A program made the position numbers and the translations under genes. The notes beneath the pieces are model-generated. The model made no database searches and was not told the origin of the DNA. It was given only the letters and a program-made list of their open reading frames with translations. Below, one piece after another: positions 58,579 to 64,000 of a stretch of 64,000 nt of DNA (position 1 is the stretch's first letter; every line of letters begins with the position of its first letter). The DNA lies in NCBI RefSeq assembly GCF_000143415.4, contig NW_003314405.1:144282-208281 (forward strand), read 5' to 3'. Source of the stretch: Selaginella moellendorffii. Lineage: Eukaryota; Plantae; Lycopodiophyta.

Positions 58579-59967
58579 CTAGTAGTATGACGTTGATCTC
58601 TCCCCTCTAGCTTCCGCACGAGCTTGCTTCAACGCCGATCGTTCGCCATAGTAGACCCTTCCGCAATCGGGATACTTGAACACGAAGGTCTCCACGAACC
58701 ATTTCCTGGGTAAAGTAACCATGTCCTTGAGATGGATCCTTTGGATGATCCCTCTGGATTTGAGCAAGGACAGCACCTTCCACCGGATCTTCACTCTGTC
58801 CATGCTCTTCTTGCTCAGGTAGGCCGGGCACTTGAGCAGCTCCTCCACGTCCAGCTTCATCCCCTTGAAGAGAAAGTCGAGCTTCTCCTTGAGCACAGCG
58901 TTGTCAACCTGGAGGATGTGTGGCTCGGCCTTGAGCATCACCGCGACGTGCCGGTAGTGGATGTCCATGCTCATCAGAAAGTCGATCTTGTCTCTCACGG
59001 CCTCGGGGCCAAAGCGAACTCCCCACGACATGGATTGCAACCACGTATCCACCTCTCCCTGGAAGCCTATATACTTGAAAGCGCTGATAAGATCGTCCAC
59101 CATCTCTGGCTTGCGAGCAAACACCGCTGGAACGATGGCCACCAAGTTCCTCACCACCTGCGGCGCCAGCCTATCGCTGAGAACTTTGAGCACCGGACGA
59201 AGCTTTTGATCCACGTCGTGACTTAGCAGCGCTGGATGTTTCACCACGCAGGAGCTCAAGAACTTCCGGCTGATCCCAGCTCGCGAGAGGTAGGCAATGC
59301 GAGCGATGAGATCTTTGGTGTTGGTCGTCATGATCGCTGGACAGCTCGAGAGAATGGCCGCTATAGCCGATGGAGAGAGTCCTTGCTCCATGAGAAACTT
59401 CCCTCTGGGTTCTAGATCGCTGGCCACGTCGAGGAGGAGGAGCGCTGGATGCTTCTTCACAGCGTCGGCCATTTGCGTGTCGTTGAGCCCGTGGCGAGAG
59501 AGAAACCGGACGTTCTCCTCTAGAGACGATGGATCGCCGCGGTACTTACGAAGAAGAGTTGTGTGATCCTTGGCCAGCGCTTTCAATCTCGTGTCATCGA
59601 CTCCGAACGATCGAAGCCTCGCGAACAAGGGAGCCATCTTGGCCTGGCCTTCTGGCTTGAGGAGCTCGGGTAAGTTCTTCTTGGCGAAAACCTTGGAGAA
59701 GCCAAAATCCCTCGTGAATGGATCCTCTTCCTTCGTTTCTACTGCCGATTCTAGTGCTGCATTCTCACCTCCTTCGATCGCCGCCGAGGAATGCTGATGC
59801 CTCGCGAAGAGATGCCACGATCGATCAGGAACGCCGCATTCCAGCAATGTCCGCCTCGTCTGCTGCGGCCTTGGATCATGGAGAAGAATGCCGGTGGTGC
59901 TGCGGATCGCTCGGGAGGAGCGAAGCCGCGCGAGCAAGGATCGCGCGACGCAGCGGCTAGCTGCCAT
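58579..59967 (-). CDS. mTERF family protein with organellar transit peptide
   Basis: Arg/Ser-rich N-terminus; repeats such as VKKHPALLLLDV, LSSCPAIM, VKHPALLSHDVDQKLRP and LLKCPAYLSKKSMDRVKIRW. Confidence 0.88.
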   Translation of the reverse strand: MAASRCVARSLLARLRSSRAIRSTTGILLHDPRPQQTRRTLLECGVPDRSWHLFARHQHSSAAIEGGENAALESAVETKEEDPFTRDFGFSKVFAKKNLPELLKPEGQAKMAPLFARLRSFGVDDTRLKALAKDHTTLLRKYRGDPSSLEENVRFLSRHGLNDTQMADAVKKHPALLLLDVASDLEPRGKFLMEQGLSPSAIAAILSSCPAIMTTNTKDLIARIAYLSRAGISRKFLSSCVVKHPALLSHDVDQKLRPVLKVLSDRLAPQVVRNLVAIVPAVFARKPEMVDDLISAFKYIGFQGEVDTWLQSMSWGVRFGPEAVRDKIDFLMSMDIHYRHVAVMLKAEPHILQVDNAVLKEKLDFLFKGMKLDVEELLKCPAYLSKKSMDRVKIRWKVLSLLKSRGIIQRIHLKDMVTLPRKWFVETFVFKYPDCGRVYYGERSALKQARAEARGERSTSYY

Positions 59968-60028
59968 CAAATTCTCGCCAAAAGCCCTATCAAGAATTAG
60001 GGTTTATGTTTCATTCATTTCATTCGCT

Positions 60029-61626
60029 ATGGCCGATTCGATCGCGCAGCCGCGGCAGCGGCTCTTCCACGATCATGCCGCAATCGCATTCCCCCACGGC
60101 ACAGGGAAGATCGTCCTGGGATTCGTCTCGGTTAGGGCGTCGTCGAGCAGCTATCCGAGCAGGAATTCGTGGCTGTCTGCTGGGAATTGGAGGAGATTAT
60201 CGCTTGTCTCGTCGCCTCCTTCGTCCTCGATCCAGATTTCCACTCTCCGCAAAGGAATGCCGCAGCAAAGCAGCGCTCCAGCTCAAGAGGACGAGGATTA
60301 CACTACCTGGGAGAGGGTCCAACTCTTGGAAAGGTGTGAGAAATTTCTCTTGCGATTGCTATGGGGATTTTCTCTTAGTGACGGCATTCTTCTAGATTGC
60401 TCCGAGTTGCCGTGAGCGATGAGAATTATGGAGAAGCTGTCAAGCTGCGGGATATTCTTGGAGGACTCAAAGCCGAGCTCACTGCGACCGAGCGGGTATG
60501 GAAGAACTATCTCGAGTTTGCATGGTCTGGATTTTTTCTTTGGTTGCCAGATTTTTTGAGAGTGAGTTCTAAGTTCTTTTGAATGCTTTTGGTTTTCTAC
60601 CAGGTTCTTTTGAAGAACACGAAGCTGTTAGATGATGGAGATGTCAGCGAAAGGATACAAGCGATCGAGGTGTGTATAGAGTTTTTATTTTTTTTCCTGA
60701 TTTTCCTTGCAGGCTCTTGGGGATTTTGGAGACAAGAGGATATTTCCTACGCTAAGTGCTTGTCTGAGAGACGAGAATCACAACATCGTTTTGGAAACTG
60801 AGAAGGTTTGGCGGTGGTTTTTTTCTGCATGTATTGGATTCCAAGTTTCTATCATTCTTTCTTGTTTGCAATGTAGGCAATGTGGAGAATATTTATGAGA
60901 TCAGGTAGAGACGACGTTGATAAGCGCATTCAGGTACCTTTCGAAGAAAAGAAACGCATTTTTCTTACTCAATGCCCAGGAAGGCGTCTCCAAAATGGTC
61001 GGCAAGGATGGCTTGGCCGCGGCTCGGGAGATTTTCACCGAGGTAATGGAGATCATAAAGCTAGCTTATCGATGGTCGTTTCTTAGTTTTGCTGTGGTTT
61101 TTAGGTGATCAACATGGCACCATCGTTTGCAGAAGGCTATAACAAGAGAGCCACAGTACATTACTTGCTCCAAGTCAGTCTCCAAAAAAATATTTCTAGC
61201 AACGTTCTTGCTGACTTGCGCTGTGCAGGATTATCACAAATCTATAGAGGATTGCCAGAGAACTTTGAAGCTGAATCCTTACCATTTCGCGGCACTCAGT
61301 GGTGAGTTATATGCACACATCTCACTTATTTTATGGTTTTCCACCTTCGTTTTTGTACTACCAGGACTAGGCCTATGTTATGTGGCGATTCAAGATCCAG
61401 AATCAGCTCTCTGCTGGCTCGAGAAAGCTTATGCGATGCATCCTGGCCTTGTACAGGTATTCTTTCCTTTTTGCTTCGACACAGCTAACTTGTCTATCAT
61501 TCAGATTAGCAAGTATATCAAAGTTTTGAAAAAGGTAAGCACAGAAAATTGCCGTGTTTATGCACTAAGCTGGCAACGAATTTCCAGAAAATCAAGGAGA
61601 AGCAAGCGAAGAAAGAAGACAAATAG
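60029..61626 (+). CDS. UVR-motif / HEAT-like / TPR protein, probably plastid-targeted (multi-exon)
   Basis: Spliced peptides AVSDENYGEAVKLRD, ALGDFGD...LRDEN, MWRIFMRSG, APSFAEGYNKRATVHYL and SIEDCQRTLKLNPYHFAALSGLGLCY; short GT-AG introns. Confidence 0.8.
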
Positions 61627-62018
61627 AAACGGGGGTGAGATTCAGATTCTACTCGGTTCCGTGTACACAGTGTATGTATTGCTTCCTTGTTTATATGCAC
61701 TTCTATCATTCCCAGCCACTCAATTGGTTGTGGAATATTTGGTGTTGGCCATTACAATCGTGCCACGTGTATCGTTTCAACTTTGTTCTTGCAGTGACTA
61801 GACGTGCGAGAACACGCAATAGGGATTGCTTGCTCCAAGGATAGAGGAGCCCCTTGGAGGGCTCGCCTCGGAGTTGGGCTGTGGCCCTTTTGCGTGATCT
61901 GGAGCTCCAACGTATAATTCTTCCTTCTCGACAGTTGGAGTTCCAATCACAGGCTCTCAAGTGAGTGAATCTTTCCTCTCTTCCTTTTGCATCCAATTCT
62001 CACGTTTCTCCTTTTCAG

Positions 62019-64000
62019 ATGGATGCTCTTTGTAGACGCTCCGCATTTGCCTCTGCAAACGAACTCTGCATCAGGAAACAAGTGGCAAATGTCAAGACGC
62101 TTCGGGTACAAGCAAAAACTCTGTATACCTGCCGAATGCGCAGTCCAATGGAACAATCGAGCAGGCAGAAAAATGAGTCCGTGAAGCTGGACGTGAAGGG
62201 TGTTCTCTCGTTCTTCAAGAAAAGCTTGGCTGTTGCAGCGGTTTCACTGGTTTTGACGCAGTCGCCTTGTCCGGTACTTGCTGACGAAGTTTTGACCTTT
62301 CCCGGATCAAGTTTTAACGAGGTAAAGGCCGGGTTTTCTCCAGTTCTGTGAGAATCACACTCCGTTTCGCAGGTGCTTACAGTTCAGCGAACACTTCTCC
62401 AAGCGTGGAGCATCATTCGAGATACATATGTCGACCCGACGTTCAATAAGCAAGGTAAACATCTTCATACAAAAAACTTTGATTGAAGTGGCCTTTCCTC
62501 GCAGATTGGACATCGCAACTAAAGGACACGATTCTGAAACTCTCGACTTTGGATTCGTCTGAAACTGCATACGAGCAAGTCCGTGACATGCTTGCAACTC
62601 TTGGCGACCCTTACACTCGTATAGTCACGCCAAAGGTAACCATCGCTGAGGAGATGTCCAGTTTGATTTGTGTCGTCTCCAGGAGTATGAAAACTTCCGT
62701 ATAAGCAACGATGGTGCTGTTGATGGTGTTGGTTTGTTGATTGCGACTGAGCAAGAGTCTGGCAAGCTGGTAATCCTGTACACTCTTTCTTATTCAAGCT
62801 TATCGTTCCAAACTTCAGGTTGTGCTTGCCACAATTGAAGGTGGCCCAGCAGAACGAGCAGGCGTACGTCCTGGAGACGAGCTCGTTCAGATAGATGGTC
62901 ATTCCTCTTTTCCTTCGCCTCCGCGGAAATAATACTCAACTTTGATGCTTTTACAGATGTGGCTCTTGTTGGAATGAATGGTGAAGACGCCGCTATAAAA
63001 CTCCGTGGAAAGGCTGGAACTATCGTCGGTGTGAAACTCCGACGAACGGTAGGACGTGTTTATCCTCTTTCCGGCTTTACTGGTTTCATTTGTTGCAGCT
63101 TTCTCCAGACACGTCTTCCGCGCCAGAGCTGAAAGAGGTAAGCCACTAATGTGAACGAACTCTTGCTGATTTTGTCGTGCAGCTCAAGCTGAAACGCGAA
63201 ACCATATCCATGTCTCCAGTTTATACTGCAGTGCTGCCACACACAAACTCGTCTGGCCAGAAAACAAGCACTGGATACATACGCCTGGCACAATTCTCAC
63301 AGGTTCCTTCCTTTCCAGAATTCAAGTCTACTAACCTGGCTGAATTGTCTCCAGAACGCAGCCGCAGATATGCAGAAGGCCATCTTCAAACTGGAAGAAA
63401 GCAACGTGGATTCCTACATACTTGATCTCCGCAACAATCCGGTAGAGTTTTCTCCTCCATTGAAATGGAGCTTTTCCTTTCTGACTTGTCACAGCGTTCT
63501 TTACAGGGAGGATTGGTGAGAGCTGGACTAGATGTTGCGGAGATGTGGCTGGATGGCAACGAAACTCTAGTGAACACTGTCGATCGACGTGGGGTCACTC
63601 TTCCCATCAATGTGGCTAGAGGCCACGCTCTTACACACGATCCTCTTGTGGTACTTGTAAGTCGACTAGTTTTTTTTTTTATCTTTGGTCTTTGGTTTGC
63701 TTACCTGTGTCGATTCGCCTCACAGGTGAACGAAGGCAGCGCTAGTGCTAGCGAGATATTAGCCGGGGCTCTTCACGACAATGGAAGAGCCATACTTGTG
63801 GGACACAAAACGTTTGGCAAAGGCAAGATACAAGTAAGTCCATCTCTTTCTTCTTCTATTTCTTTGTTATGAAGTGACACTGAGAGCGCTCCTGGAATTT
63901 ATTTTTTGTGTATCCAGAGCGTTTCTCAACTCTGGGATGGCTCGGCTCTGTTCGTGACCGTCGCAAAGTACTTGTCACCATCTCTCCACCAAATCGACCA
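62019..64000 (+). CDS. CTPA: Carboxyl-terminal processing peptidase (S41, CtpA family, thylakoid-type leader), 3' end beyond the window
   Basis: [11 protein letters not shown] segment [48 protein letters not shown] and KTFGKGKIQ. Confidence 0.92.

Larger units (their letters stand above)
44472..59044. repeat. Unit 2 of the head-to-tail segmental duplication
   Basis: Starts with sequence matching 36270 and ends inside mTERF at the point where the unit 1 copy is cut. Confidence 0.8.

Overview
Eukaryotic land-plant nuclear DNA. Very short 42-60 nt introns, compact genes and the gene content suggest a lycophyte such as Selaginella (inference, not verified). The left half (1-33.5 kb) is a nest of LTR retroelements. 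A non-coding LARD-like element (<1-14041) carries a very young, opposite-strand Ty3/gypsy chromovirus (4390-11918, TSD GGTGG). Older copies of the LARD family lie nearby, one holding a 5S-rRNA-derived Cassandra-like solo LTR. A second young non-coding LTR element (20748-28055, TSD GTTCT) interrupts an ankyrin-like pseudogene. The main observation is that the chromovirus integrase is split by two canonical GT-AG introns of host-like size (6791-6837 and 6321-6372). One lies just before the catalytic Glu of the DDE motif and the other just before the GPY/chromodomain module. The element's 3' UTR also carries a multi-hairpin RNA with two tRNA T-loop mimics, conserved with compensatory changes in the non-autonomous partner. 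The right half holds captured kelch and SPX gene fragments, RPB6, and a head-to-tail duplication (junction ~44472). The duplicated region contains three intronless PD-(D/E)xK-nuclease/pseudokinase genes, a secreted double B-lectin and two copies of a small secreted Cys-rich protein. It is followed by mTERF, a UVR/HEAT/TPR gene and a CtpA S41 protease that runs off the window end. All alignments and counts were done by eye.
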